Of a stretch of DNA of 64,000 nucleotides, positions 1-12,035 are shown in pieces (position 1 is the first letter of the stretch; the number at the start of each line of letters is the position of its first letter). The translations under genes and the position numbers were made by a program. The stretch is from Octopus vulgaris (lineage: Eukaryota). The stretch is from contig OX597814.1 of the NCBI GenBank assembly GCA_951406725.2, forward strand, positions 127,658,001 through 127,722,000, in the 5' to 3' direction. Below the pieces are notes generated by a model, which saw nothing but the letters and a program-made list of their open reading frames with translations, ran no database searches and was not told the origin of the DNA.

Positions 1-981
1 TCCGATTTTCCCGCCCAGCTTTAACTGAGGCCAGATGGTAAGAGGTTGCCTCAGTGGGGTCCGTAAAAGACAACTTGATGAGCCTAGGTTTTGGGCCAGG
101 TCGTCCAAGGCGGATAGCACCCGTTGGGGGAACGCAGCCTAGGTCTTTGGCTGAGTTGGCAGCAAAAGCCTGAAGATCAGCCATGTCTTCTGGCACCCCA
201 ATGGCAATGACTTCATGGGTGGCAGAATCCGCGGTCTTAAATGCGACAAGAGGTACAGGTACAGGGAGGTTCTTTAGCAGAGCATTCCGATAAGACCCCT
301 CATTGTGGAGTCCAACCTGAATGGTTGCTTTTATTCCTGCTACTTCCCCTTTTAAAGCACAGATCGATTGTTGCAGTTCTGCAAGAACCGCACTGGTCAA
401 TTGGTGTTGTTGTTGTTGCTGCTGTTGCTCTGGTTGTGGTTGATTTTGTTGTTGCTGTTGTTGTTGTTGATGTTGTTGTTGCTGCTGCTCTGGTTGTGGT
501 TGATTTTGTTGTTGCTGCTGCTCTGGTTGTGGTTGATTTTGTTGTTGCTGCTGCTGCTGTTGTTGTTGCTGTTGTTGTTGCTGCTGCTCTGGTTGTGGTT
601 GATTTTGTTGTTGCTGCTGTTGCTGTTCCGCCTCCTCCACGGGAGTGGCAGGGGAGACACAATCGTCGGTTGTGGAGGCACGCAGGCCTGACACTGAAAA
701 GTCCAAGATTTAAGCTGAACCATCTTCCAGAGTCTATCCATCATAGCATTATGATGGCTCTTTTTTTGGCCTGGGATCTTCTGAAAGTCCGTGGCACATT
801 GGAGGCAGACAGAGATGAGACATGTCCCACATTCGACCCAGCGATTACGGAACGTATTTTCGGGTTCCGTACAGATGTGGCAGGTGTGATTTTCTGGGCA
901 GTGTTCTATTTTAGAGCAGCGACCAGTCTTATCGCACGCCGCTATGGATTTCACCATGGCGATTCTGTTGGTTCTGGTCAT
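1..981 (-). mobile_element. LINE (CR1/L2-like) ORF1: PHD-like zinc finger + polyQ linker + coiled coil + RRM-like domain; one frameshift; runs off the window start
   Basis: Minus ATG at 981 gives CHIC..WVECGTC..VCLQC..WTFQCQAC. After a frameshift near 670-680 another frame is open to base 1: EEAEQQQ..(NQPQPEQQQ)n..LTSAVLAELQQSICALKGEVAGIKATI..EVIAIGVPE..IRLGRPGPKPRLIKLSF, matching the typical LINE ORF1 'IxGVPE...RLG...PRxIKxxF' motif. Clade assignment is tentative. Confidence 0.75.
405..626. repeat. GTT/GCT triplet repeat with a recurring CTCTGGTTGTGGTTGATTTT unit
   Basis: Four copies of the unit interleaved with (GTT/GCT)n; encodes polyQ/NQPQPE on the minus strand. Confidence 0.95.
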
Positions 982-1682
982 CCGTAGAGACAGAAAATGT
1001 AAACAACAATACGATAAAAGTAAAATATAAAATATTTGTTTTTGATTCGTTCTTTTTTGTGTATATTCCTTGTTCTTAAATATTGCGTGTGTATATACAC
1101 ATGTTTCGTTCTTTTTTGTGTATATTCCTTTTTTTCTTAAATATTGCGTGTGTATACATAAAAGTATTTGTGCGTATAGACACGGAGAAAGTTTGTAAAC
1201 AGAAATGAAATTTTTGATTTTTTTTGCAGTGTAGTCCGTCACATTAAATAGTGTGATTTATTTTCACTCTGCACGTATATACATGTGTGCTACAAGTATC
1301 TATGTATGTATGTATGTCACTGCTTTATAAATTTTATGGCTTTATCCAGCCATAGAAGCCATGCCTAAGCAGATCCTGGAGCATTTTGCAGTCCTTGGAC
1401 CCATCAAATCATGTCAAACCATTCAACCCATGCCAACATGGAATAAGGGCATTAAATGTCTATGTGTGTGTGTGTGTGTAGGTGCATATATATTTTCATG
1501 GACATTAAATGGCTATGTGTGTGCGTGTGTAGGTGCATATATATTTTCCTAATACATGTATGTAAGCATTTGATTTAATACAAATTTGAAAAGAAATATT
1601 TGGTAAAAATGTCTCATTTTTATCTGAAGGAAAAGAATGACTGTATATTAAAGCAAATATTATTTTTTCTACTTTATACTAG

Positions 1683-1883
1683 TTGTGTCGTCAGGATGCT
1701 GCAAATTTTATGGATGATAATATTCCAGAAAATCTGTTACCCGAAGATGATGAAATTGCCAGAGTCAGTGTTAGTGCTGGAACTCGAGAGCCTTCATTTA
1801 CATCAATATTTCATCAGCCACAAACCTTGTTACAAGAGTTTTCTTTAGTTAACAAAGATATTCCTAGAGTTGCATTTGAAAAG
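1683..1883 (+). CDS. WDR59: WDR59 (GATOR2 subunit) internal exon A, phase 0-0
   Basis: AG/GT bounded, 201 nt: LCRQDAANF..HQPQTLLQEFSLVNKDIPRVAFEK; resembles vertebrate WDR59 PQTLQQEFSLIN at the RWD start. Confidence 0.92.
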
Positions 1884-2134
1884 GTAATGCTATTCTTGTG
1901 TTTCCTTTTAATTTTTCCTCTTTCTTTGTTTATTCTTATTGTTTCAGCATCTAATTCTCAAACAGCTCTACTTCCAATAAAATCCATTTACTCCTGTTGT
2001 TTCTATGTCATCCCCGTTCCATATTGTTAGACTATTTCTGTAGTACTTACACAATCATACAATACCTCACCACTCCATTGGCTAAAATCACCTCAGAAGA
2101 CTCTCTACTGATATTTTTACTACAATTTCTAGAT

Positions 2135-2703
2135 GTAGTGACCGAGACCTTTGGAAGTATGCTGTGCGTGAGAAGACCCAGCAGGACAAGTAAGACCATA
2201 ACCCGTGGCCTCTACCTGGGATGTAGCCAGCCCGCTTATGCATACCTTTCCTTCTTGGGAGACAAAACTCTGCTTGCGAAGACTGGTTGAGGCAAGTGAA
2301 ATCGGAATCGAAATCGCTCAAAAATCACTGGAAATTGTAGTTGTGATGCCAGTGCCGGTGGCATGTAAAAGAACCATCCGAACATGGCCGTTACCAGCGC
2401 CGCCCCGACTGGCCTCCGTGCCGGTGGCACGTAAAAAGCACCAACCAGTCGTGGCCATTGCTAGCCTCTCCTGGCACGTAAAAAGCACCAACCGATCGTG
2501 GCCATTGCCAGCCTCTCATGGCATGTAAAAAGCACCCACTACACTCACGGAGTGGTTGGGGCATTAGGAAGGGCATCCAGCTGTAGAAACACTGCCAGAT
2601 CAGACATGGTCTGGTGCAGCTTCCTGGCTTCCTAGACCCCAGTCGAACCGTCCAACCCATGCTAGCATGGAAAGCGGACGTTAAACGATGATGATGATAT
2701 GAT
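2135..2703 (+). mobile_element. 5'-truncated RTE-type LINE 3' end / RTE-tail repeat ending in (GAT)n
   Basis: Shares its 3' sequence (..ggcattaggaagggcatccagctgtagaaac..gttaaacgatgatgatg) with the RTE at 28.9-31.8 kb. Possible TSD TTTCTAGAT at 2126 and 2710. Further copies near 7411-7745(-), 14085-14467(+), 16892-17180(-), 17445-17672(+), 19240-19451(+), 27093-27415(+), 27626-27880(-), 43278-43550(-), 47765-48050(-), 48637-48870(-). Confidence 0.85.
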
Positions 2704-2999
2704 GAATTGTTTCTAGATATATGTTAGACTGACATTCTATTGTAATACAGTTAATTCTGGCATTGAAGTGAGCCATACTTTTACAAGACATTGTAGATGA
2801 CAAATCAGATGATAATTCCATTAGAATAGCTTACTCCATAAACAAATTGAATGATAACAAAGGTAAAGACTATTGGAACAAGAAAAAACAATTAATTAGA
2901 CAATAAACATTTTAATGAGAAGTTAAAGTCAATTTGAAAGCATGTAGGCAAGAAACTGGAATGAGATATACATTACTGTATTTAACAACATATAACTGT

Positions 3000-3360
3000 T
3001 GCCATGCTGGAGCACTGCCTTTAGTCGGGAAAATCAACCCCAGGACTTATTCTTTGTAAGCCTAGTACTTATTCTATCGGTCTCTTTTGCCGAACCGCTA
3101 AGTTACCTGAACGTAAACACACCAGCATCGGTTGTCAAGCGATGTTGGTGGGACAAACTCAGACACACAAACATATACACACACACACATATATATATAT
3201 ACGACGGGCTTCTTTCAGTTTCCGTCTACCAAATCCACTCATAAGGCTTTGGTTGGCCTGAGGCTATTGTAGAAGACACTTGTCCAAGGTGTCACGCAGG
3301 GGGACTGACCCCAGAACCATGTTGCTTAAGCTACTTACCACAGAGCCACTCCTATGCCTT
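3000..3360 (-). mobile_element. tRNA-derived CORE-like SINE
   Basis: Minus strand has A/B-box-like head (gtggtaagtagc..ggttctgggtcagtccc) then CORE-like ccttggacaagtgtcttctac. Other copies near 13760-13940, 23400-23800, 24318-24728 and 37330-37480 (all -). Confidence 0.8.
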
Positions 3361-4303
3361 GCACTTTTTTCATTAAAAAATGTCTCAAAAATTACACTGG
3401 GTCCAATATGTGAAGTTGGGCCTCCCACAAACTAATTTTGTCTCTGACACTCACTACTGTGTGCTAATTTTAATCCAGATAGTCTTCTAGGCCTGACTTC
3501 GTAATGATAGTATTTAATTAAACATTATTATTGTTACATGTACTGTGAAAGGACTTGTCATAATAACAAGCTGATGACATTTGCCAATAACAGCTGATCC
3601 ATTTCAACTAAATATGCCTTAACACACTCCTACCAATCAATTGAAAACAACAGAAGGGGCAGAAGTGAAAGCAAATACTGGTAATGGTAAATTACTAACC
3701 TTGGAAACATTAACATTAAGACTGAGAAGAAATATGAAGAAATATCTCCATCATTGGAATTAGCCAGAATATTTTCACTGTCATGATTTCCTGTTCTTTG
3801 TTCAGATTTACTTCTAACTTAGTTTTACATTTTGTAATGTTTTCTGCTATAACTAAGGAACTTCTGTGAAATTTTACAATGTACTGCTACATTGTTTTAC
3901 TATTTAGCACTTAAATCAACCAGTAAGTTGGCCAGATCTGGCATTTCAAACCTATCATATAATGTCATACTAAACATATACAATCACATCATCAGAATTT
4001 GAATGCTAAAAGATAATGCATTATTAATTCAAACAATGTTAATTAATAAGTACTACATTAAAGTACTAAAAACTTATTTTACTGGATTCGCACTGCTGAA
4101 ATTGGGGTGCAACTAATATACCTGTGTGTTTTTATGTCATCAAATATGATAACAAAAGACAATGAGCTAATGGTCAAGAATTAGGATAGAAAGTTCCGTG
4201 TATTATATTGAATCATATTAAGCTCATTAATTAATGACAGACAAAATTATTCATTTTTTCTGTTGCTTTGACAAAACATCTCAGATTTTTAATTATAATC
4301 ATT

Positions 4304-4525
4304 GAGCTGGCAGAAACGTTAGCGCGCCGGGCGAAATGCTTATTTGTATTACGTCTGCTGTTATGTTCTGAGTTCAAATTCCGCCGAGGTTGACTTTGCC
4401 TTTCACCCTTCCGAGGTCGATAAATAAAGTACCAGTTACACACGGGTCGATGTAATTGACTTAATCCCTTTGTCTGTCCTTGTTTGTCCCCTCTATGTTT
4501 AGCCCCTTGTGGGCAATAAAGAAAT
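4304..4525 (+). mobile_element. tRNA-derived SINE with gcctttcatcctt..ggtcgat central domain (MetaSINE-like)
   Basis: gagctggcagaaacgttagc A-box region, gagttcaaattcc B box, tail ..aaagaaata; TSD TAATTATAATCATTG on both sides. Superfamily name is from memory of the central motif. Confidence 0.85.
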
Positions 4526-4571
4526 ATAATTATAATCATTGCTATGATGTTGATCTATTTTCTGTTCTCAG

Positions 4572-4736
4572 ATGGATGCTGATAGTCGAACCTGCACAGT
4601 AAGTGCTGTCAGTAAAGGTCATTGTGCCTCTCTTGTTGTTACATTCCCTGTCAGTTACCCAAACAATGCTGCACCGACATTTCAATTCACTCAGAGAACC
4701 ACTCTACAGACATCACAGAAAAATGTCCTATTGCAG
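4572..4736 (+). CDS. WDR59: WDR59 exon B (RWD domain), phase 0-0
   Basis: ctcag|ATG..CAG|gtgag, 165 nt: MDADSRTCTVSAVSKGHCASLVVTFPVSYPNNAAPTFQF..; matches WDR59 MDAADRSCTVS..FPAQYPNNAAPSFQF. Confidence 0.95.
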
Positions 4737-5056
4737 GTGAGATGATCAAAATTTACATTTATTTTGTTATTGTATTCTGTCAAACCATCCATTTCATGCT
4801 GGCACAGGAAACAGACACTAAATGGTGGTGTTGACTTAACATTATAATGTTCTGTATATTAAAGTTAGTTTATGTTACATACTGAACACCATATAATTAT
4901 GTTCTTTATACACTTGTAGAAACTTTATAATATTAACATACAATTACTGTATACAGATTATGGAGTTATCCCTCAGACATATGATAAAATCAACCATTCT
5001 CCTCAAATTTTCTCTTCTTTACAAGATGTTTGTGGTTTCTCTGAATTTTTCCTTAG

Positions 5057-5152
5057 GCTCTTGAAGACACATCACAGCAGCATGTCAAAAGAAATCGGTC
5101 TTGCCTGGAACCTTGCCTTAGGCAACTGACCGCCAACTTGGACAAGTTAACA
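5057..5152 (+). CDS. WDR59: WDR59 exon C, phase 0-0
   Basis: ccttag|GCT..ACA|gtaag, 96 nt: ALEDTSQQHVKRNRSCLEPCLRQLTANLDKLT (conserved SCLEPCLRQL). Confidence 0.95.
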
Positions 5153-5959
5153 GTAAGTTAGAGAAATAATTCTATTTCATACAAACTATTTATCAGGTTT
5201 AGAATTTAATCGGATCATTGTTTTAGTAAAGTGTAGATGTGCTAGAATCATTGTGTTAGCAAAATATGTTTGCTTTTGGACCATTTCTGTTTTGTCACAC
5301 TTCTTGTTTGAATTGGTGAAACAGCAGTTTCACCAGTTCGAGTAAGGAAAATCTACCATTCATGACTAGGTTTGTTAGGAGCAAAAATACTGCAGTCTTT
5401 TCTCTATAACTAACAACCCTTTAGCCTTACTTTTTTTCCCAGCCAATATTATCAGCTTCTCATTTGACAAATTTTCAGTATGGGATTAGAGCAACTCAAC
5501 CATAATATTTTCCATGACTTCTTCAAACTCTGTACCATTTGCTGATCTCAGAATATCTTACAGAGTTTGATGTAGACTTTCTGCTGGTGGAAAATCTGTA
5601 GGGACAAAGTTACAGTTTGACCAGGTTTACCAAACACTATTCATAGCTGAGCATTTTACTTCATTCCATGACTCAGCTCTGTTATCCATTGCCTCTATAA
5701 TGTTGAACTTTGTCCATAAGTCTCTATCAAAAGGTATGCTCTTCCCTATTACTTACTCATATGAATTATTTCTAAACTTTTCTTAAATAGCATACCTAGC
5801 TGGAGCAAAGCCGTTATGTTGTTGAAGACATATTACACTTTAACATTGCCAGAAACTTCATTGTCTAAAAGGAGCAATGCTTTGTTGAAAATGTTACGCA
5901 TGGCACCACTCTACACCAGAACAAATAGTTTGTAAATCAGTCTTGGGAAAAAGGCATCT

Positions 5960-6376
5960 TATTTCTTTATTGCCCACAAGGGGCTAAACATAGAGGTGAC
6001 AAGCAAGGGCAGACAAAGGGATTAAGTCGATTACATCGACCCCAGTGCTTAACTGGTACTTAATTTATCGACCCCAAAAGGATGAAAGGCAAAGTCAACC
6101 TTAGCAGTATTTGAACTCAGAACATAAAGACAGATGAAATACCTATTTCTTTACTACCCACAAGGGGCTAGACACAGAGGGGACAAACAAGGACAGACAA
6201 ACGGATTAAGTCAATTACATCGACTCCAGTGCGTAACTGGTACTTAATTTATCGACCCGAAAGGATGAAAGGCAAAGTCAATCTTGGCAGAATTTGAACT
6301 TAGAACATAAAGACAGACGAAATACTGCTAAGCATTTCGCCCGGCGTGCTAAAGTTTCTGCCAGCTCGCCACCTTA
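5960..6376 (-). mobile_element. Two tandem copies (one partial) of the same SINE family
   Basis: Reverse complement of the 4304-4525 family, repeated at about 5960-6140 and 6145-6376. Confidence 0.85.
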
Positions 6377-7098
6377 AAAGGCTTCTGATCAACCAAACCT
6401 TCTTATTTGAACACCAAGTTACAGATAGCCTTTGAAAGTCTTTGGATTTTCAGAGTGACACTCAAATAGAGGCATTTATTCATATTACCAGCAGCATTTC
6501 CTCTCCCAAGAAGCATCATTTGATTTTTTGGGGGGAAGCTTTAAGGCCTAATACTGATTTGTCTTCACTAGAAATAAAGCCTTAGCAGAGCATGTGCTTC
6601 CAGAAAAGCCTAGTTTCATTAACATTTTATACTTGTTCTAGTGTATAACCTTCTTCCACCATAATTTTTTTAGTTTCTCATGATAATTACTATCAGCCTC
6701 TGTTTCAGCATGACAAATTCACTGATCATTTTAATATTGCGCTAATTGATATGCTTCTTAACATTTCAATGTAGCCTTTACTTGCAAAAAAAGAGTTTTA
6801 CATCAGAAGTTACATCTTCCATCTTTTACAAATTGACATACAAGCGTGTTCACAGACACATTATATCCAGTCTGATTGTTAATCTATACACAAGAACTGT
6901 TCCATTGTTTCTACCATAATACAGTTGTTTCACTTACAGTAATAATTTTAGACAAAATCACTTAGACAAATACAACAAGGAAAGTAAAATTATTGTTGTT
7001 TGAACATTAACTTCTGTAAATGTCCTTTGACCTGTATTCTGTTTGAAACTGTTCTGTTTCAATATAAAGCTACAACTCAGTTTTTTTTTTTATTGTAG

Positions 7099-7249
7099 GA
7101 CGTTGAACATCAAACTCCTGACAATGAGGACCAGTTTACTCTTCCAACAAAGTCAGGAGCCCCAATTGTTCCAAATTTCTATTATATTGGGCATCAAGAT
7201 AGTTCTGTTCCTTTTCCACGTACATCGGGAGCTCGTTTTTGTTCGGCAG
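7099..7249 (+). CDS. WDR59: WDR59 exon D, phase 0-1
   Basis: tgtag|GAC..GCAG|gtttg, 151 nt: ..GHQDSSVPFPRTSGARFCSA(G); PFPRTSGARFC is characteristic of WDR59. Confidence 0.95.
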
Positions 7250-7747
7250 GTTTGTAATGTTGTTATTATCATTATTAATTATCCTGCTGGGGTTAAGTTT
7301 ATTTTTCTGCTTTCTAAAGTCAATAAAATAAAATACTAATCAAGTACAAGGGTTGATTGATTTAACTATATTCTCCCCTAAAATATATGGTCTTGTACCA
7401 ATGCTAGAACCATCATCATCATCATCATTGTTTAACGTCCGTTTTCCATGCTAGCATGGGTTGGACGGTTCGACTGGGGTCTAGGAAGCCAGGAAGCTGC
7501 GCCAGGCTCCAGTCTGATCTGGCAGTGTTTCTACAGCTGGATGCCCTTCCTAACGCCAACCACTCTGTGAGTGTAGTGGGTGCTTTTTACATGCCACCGG
7601 CACAGGGGCCAGAGGAGGCTGGCAAATGGCCACGATTGGTTGGTGCTTTTTACGTGTCACCGACACGGACGCCAGTCAGGCGACGCTGGCATCAGCCACG
7701 TTCGGATGGTGCTTTTTACATGCCACTGGCACGGGTATCTTAACTAC

Positions 7748-7799
<52 letters not shown>

Positions 7800-7825
7800 C
7801 CACATAATTAACTACATTATATATA

Positions 7826-8440
7826 TTGAAAGGCAGATTGTATGATGCCTGTGTGTGAACAGTTATGCTACACAGCAGTGGAACGTGGTCTGTAACAGCC
7901 GAGGATATGCATAGGCTTGAAAGAAATGAAGCCAGTATGCTTCACTGGATGTGCAATGTCAGTGTGTATGTTCAAGAGAGTGTAAGCATCTTGAGAGAAA
8001 AGTTAGGCATAACAGACATCAGATGTGTGCAAGAGAAATGACTGTGATGTGTATGGACAAGGACAGCTGTGTAAAGAAGTGCCAATCTCTAACTGTAGAG
8101 GGAACTTGTGGTAGAGATAGACCCTGGAAGACATGGGATGAGGTGGTGAAGCATGATCTTTGAACTTTAGACCTCACAGATGCAATAACTAGTGGCCAGA
8201 ACCTTTGGCGATATGTTGTACTTGAGAAAACCCCTCAAGCCAAGTGTAATTGTAGTCATGGCTGATACTGGTGTCACGTAACTTTCTAGTGTTGGGACCC
8301 ATGGAGGCAAACTGGCTGATGCTGGTGGCACATGAAAAGCTCCTTTCAAGTGTTAGGCCTCATGGAGGCAATGACCAAGACCTTTGGCAGTACATTGTAC
8401 TTGAGAAGAAGACCCATCAAGCCAAGTAAAATCGCAGTAA
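7826..8440 (+). mobile_element. Degenerate RTE LINE C-terminal fragment
   Basis: Homologous to 30930-31450 (..MDKDSCVKKCQSLTVEGTCGRDRPWKTWDEVVKHDL). Confidence 0.8.
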
Positions 8441-8542
8441 ACAGTGATATCAATTTTATAAAATTTATTCTCATATATTGAGAAATAATTGAAGTTCATA
8501 CCAATCTTCAGTTTGTCTCATTCTTTTATTTCCATATTACAG

Positions 8543-8606
8543 GATATCTGGTTTGTTTTGGTCGTCAGGCCTCCAGCAAGAAAGCTTATACAGAGCGAAC
8601 TCCCAA
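8543..8606 (+). CDS. WDR59: WDR59 exon E, phase 1-2
   Basis: ttacag|GA..AA|gtgagt, 64 nt: (G)YLVCFGRQASSKKAYTERTP(K); frame continuous with neighbours. Confidence 0.93.
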
Positions 8607-10017
8607 GTGAGTGACAATTTTGAAAACACATTTATGCACTGTAATTGTTGTACTTAAATATTTCTTTTAAATTACATCAAATTTGCTTTATAATTATTTT
8701 GGGATTATCTCAATTCCTATAGCCATTAAATATTAACTGCAAGCACACCTTTCTACACCTTTCCAAATAGATTCAAATATAACTGTGTAGATAGCTATTA
8801 GGTCTTTTAATATTGAGCTGGCATTGTTCTTACTGTTTAGCTCCAGGTGAGTCCTGATCAAACAGATTTCTGATCAAAGGTGTTCCAACTGTAACAATCT
8901 TATCATTTATTCAAACATAGTATATTTTGGATTGAGGAATTTGACTGCTATTTCTAATAAATCAAGTAATTGTGTAGGGGCTCTCTCAATTGTTCAAGTA
9001 TATAACTGTTTTCTAAGTTGGTATGTGCTAAGACTATCTCTCACACTAACATAGCACAGTCAATAGATTACATTTCTTTAATTGTATTTCAACCACCCAA
9101 TACCTTGTCCTTCACCAGATCATATAGCATCATATAATTGTTTTACCTAAAGTATGCTGTCTCCCTTCACTACTACAAAGAAAGAATCCATTTACTGTCA
9201 GTAAAAGGTTTTATCTAAATTAACTCTTCCCATGTACAATTCCCAACTCAAAAAGTATTGAGACCATAATAATTTAAATGAAAATGCTACAAACCAGTGT
9301 AGATTTTCAAATATAATAATGGAATCATCACCATTATTTAATGTCTGCTTTCCATACTGGCTTGCGTTGGACAGTTTAACATGGAGCTAGCCAGCCAGGG
9401 AGCTGTCCAAACTCCAGTTGTCTGTTGTGACATGGTTTCTACATCTGGATGCCTTTCTTAATGCCAACCACTTAACAGAGTCTGCTGGGTGCTTTTTATG
9501 TGCCAACGGCTCCTGAAAGGACAATCTGGTATCTGTAGATGACGATTTAACTTAGTTTGATGTGTCTTATCAAATACAGCAAATTTCCACATCTCCCAGT
9601 CCCTTGTCATTTCCTCAGTGAGGCCCAGTGTCCGAATATTTTAAATATTTCTATTTCCTATAATGAAATTTATAGACAACAATTCTAGTACCTGTGGCAT
9701 AATAAAATGCACCCAGTCTATGCAGTATAGTAATTTGTTAGTAGGAAAGGGTATCGAATTATAAAAGCCATGGTAATAAAGAAACGTGTTATATACAACA
9801 GCAAATTAGCCGTTTTCTGTTTATTGAACAAGACATATCCACCAATTTGTCTTGAACTGTTACAACCTCTCCTACTAATGCTAACATGGAAAGCTGGTAT
9901 TGATGATGTGGAAGAATATTCAGGCTTATTCAACACATGCAAGTATGGAAAAATATACATGATGATGATGGTGGTGGTGGTAGTGGTGGCAGTGGCAGTG
10001 GTGGTATTCTGATAACG

Positions 10018-10250
10018 AAGGCTGCAAGCTGGCAGAAACGTTAGCACGCCAGGTGAAATGCTTAGCGGTATTTCGTCTGCCGCTACGTTCTGAGTTCAAA
10101 TTCCGCCGAGGTTGACTTTGCCTTTCATCCTTTCGGGGTCGATTAAATAAGTACCAGTTACACACTGGGGTCGATGTAATCGACTTAATCCATTTGTCTG
10201 TCCTTGTTTGTCCCCTCTGTGTTTAGCCCCTTGTGGGTAGTAAAGAAATA
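10018..10250 (+). mobile_element. Full-length SINE of the 4304 family
   Basis: TSD GGTATTCTGATAA at 10003 and 10251. Further copies near 18397-18612(-), 20316-20513(+), 33608-33840(+), 35685-35906(-), 43918-44130(+), 53982-54215(+), 54785-55015(+), 56026-56245(-), 62308-62540(+). Confidence 0.9.
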
Positions 10251-10826
10251 GGTATTCTGATAATGAGTTTCGATTCTGTATAGAAGATTAACTTTCTCTC
10301 AATTAGGTTTGAAAAGTTGTTCCCTAACCTTCATCATCATTTAAAGTCCGCTTTCCATGCTAGCATGGGTTGGACTATATAACCTTATAAATAAATATTC
10401 TAAAATTTATTATTATGATATCTGTTTTACAAACTCACTATATAATACTTCATCTCTCCATCTCTTATTTACTACTGTATTGCCAAAATAGTCTTCACTT
10501 CTTGCCTACTCCTTCCTGTTTACCATTACCATTGGAATATATAAATCTTTCTCGTGTATTAGAGCCTTTGTGTTTACCTTCAACACTTCAATCACAAGCT
10601 TTCAAACTTCTCTATTTGTAAACCAGTAACTTCAGCAGTGGTTTTCTACTTAATCCCACCTTCAGTTCCAAACTCTCATTCTGTTCAGTTCCTTAAATCA
10701 CTGCTTAATCATCTTAACAGTATCTGCTTCTCAAAATGGTTTATTGTATGAATTTTTTAAACTTTTAAGATGATCATGTTGCAAATTTGATGAATATTTC
10801 TTTACTGAATGATGCCTCTTTTACAG

Positions 10827-10965
10827 ATCTCTATCAGTGCTAGCCTATTTACAGTCAGGCATGAGGTCACCCCAGTCAACATCATCCTACTCTGTCTTTT
10901 CTCGTAGCCCACCTACATCTGATGGAATGTTCTCTATCAGTAATTACTATGCTTTTAAAGAAAAG
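10827..10965 (+). CDS. WDR59: WDR59 exon F, phase 2-0
   Basis: ttacag|A..AAG|gtaaa, 139 nt: SLSVLAYLQSG..FSISNYYAFKEK (cf. SLSALSAY..SISSFYYKER). Confidence 0.92.
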
Positions 10966-12035
10966 GTAAAGATTTACTTTATTTTTCTAAACTGTTCGTT
11001 ATTCTTCTTTTACTTCCAATTATTGTCACCCTCCTCTTCGCCATCATTGTCATTGTTACCACTCAGTTATATTTTGTTTCTCCTAGACAAATTCAAATCT
11101 TGTTTCATAACTCAATAGATTTTGTTAGCAGATAAGTAGATCATAATTATCATCATTATCTAATGTCCATTTTCCATGCTGGTTTGGGCTGGGTACTTTA
11201 ACATGAGCTGGCTAGCCAGAGGACTGCACCAAGCTCCAGTGTCTACTTTGGCATAGTTTCTACGGCTGGATACTTTTCCTTATGCCAACCACTTAACAGA
11301 GTGCACTGCGGTCTTTTTATATGGCAGCAGCAGCAGTGATGTCTCCAAGTAATTTGCTAGACAAGATACCTCAGCTGAAGGCTGTGGTATTGAGGGAGGT
11401 GATTTATGCCAGGTGATGAGAAGTTAAAACATGTTAGAAGGACAGTGATAGGTTTATTGCTGTACAACAGATACATGATTACACCACTTGAACTAAGAAG
11501 AGGATGGTGGTGAAGATGTGTCTGGGCACACCCTTGTCTCAAGCACCCCTGTCATTCAGTGGCTTTTAATACCAAAGAGGATACTACAAGATATTATAAG
11601 CAATCATATTTATCATGTAAACAAGATAGTAGAGTTCAAAATGTGATTAGTTTAATGCTTATTTACTGATATTTAGTTTGGAAGTTTTATGTTTTCCAAG
11701 TGTATCTTGCTGTGGAATCTTTTAGAAGGCAGGTATAATTCTATGAAAATCACCTCTGTATAAATCTCTTCTTTTTACAGATATTTATTCGTTGTAAACC
11801 TGTCCCACTAAAGGACCATTATTATGTTTGCCTTCTCCTCCTCCTTCCCCTTGTACTATCAAGTCAACAATTTTGGGCAGTTTTCATCAGATGGTGTATA
11901 GGTTTGATGCTCATCTTCTGTTTCATGTCATCAACCCTCTGCTCAGAGGTTATTGCCAACAAGCTCAGCCTTCCACAATCTTTACCACAATAATATATTT
12001 ACTTCAATGCCTTTGAGAAAAAGGGGGTCACTAAT

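Noticed and set aside
241-987. 248-aa Val/Ala-rich ORF and overlapping poly-Leu, poly-Thr and poly-Asn ORFs
   Set aside because: Shadow frames of the triplet repeat; the meaningful frame is the minus-strand polyQ LINE ORF1.
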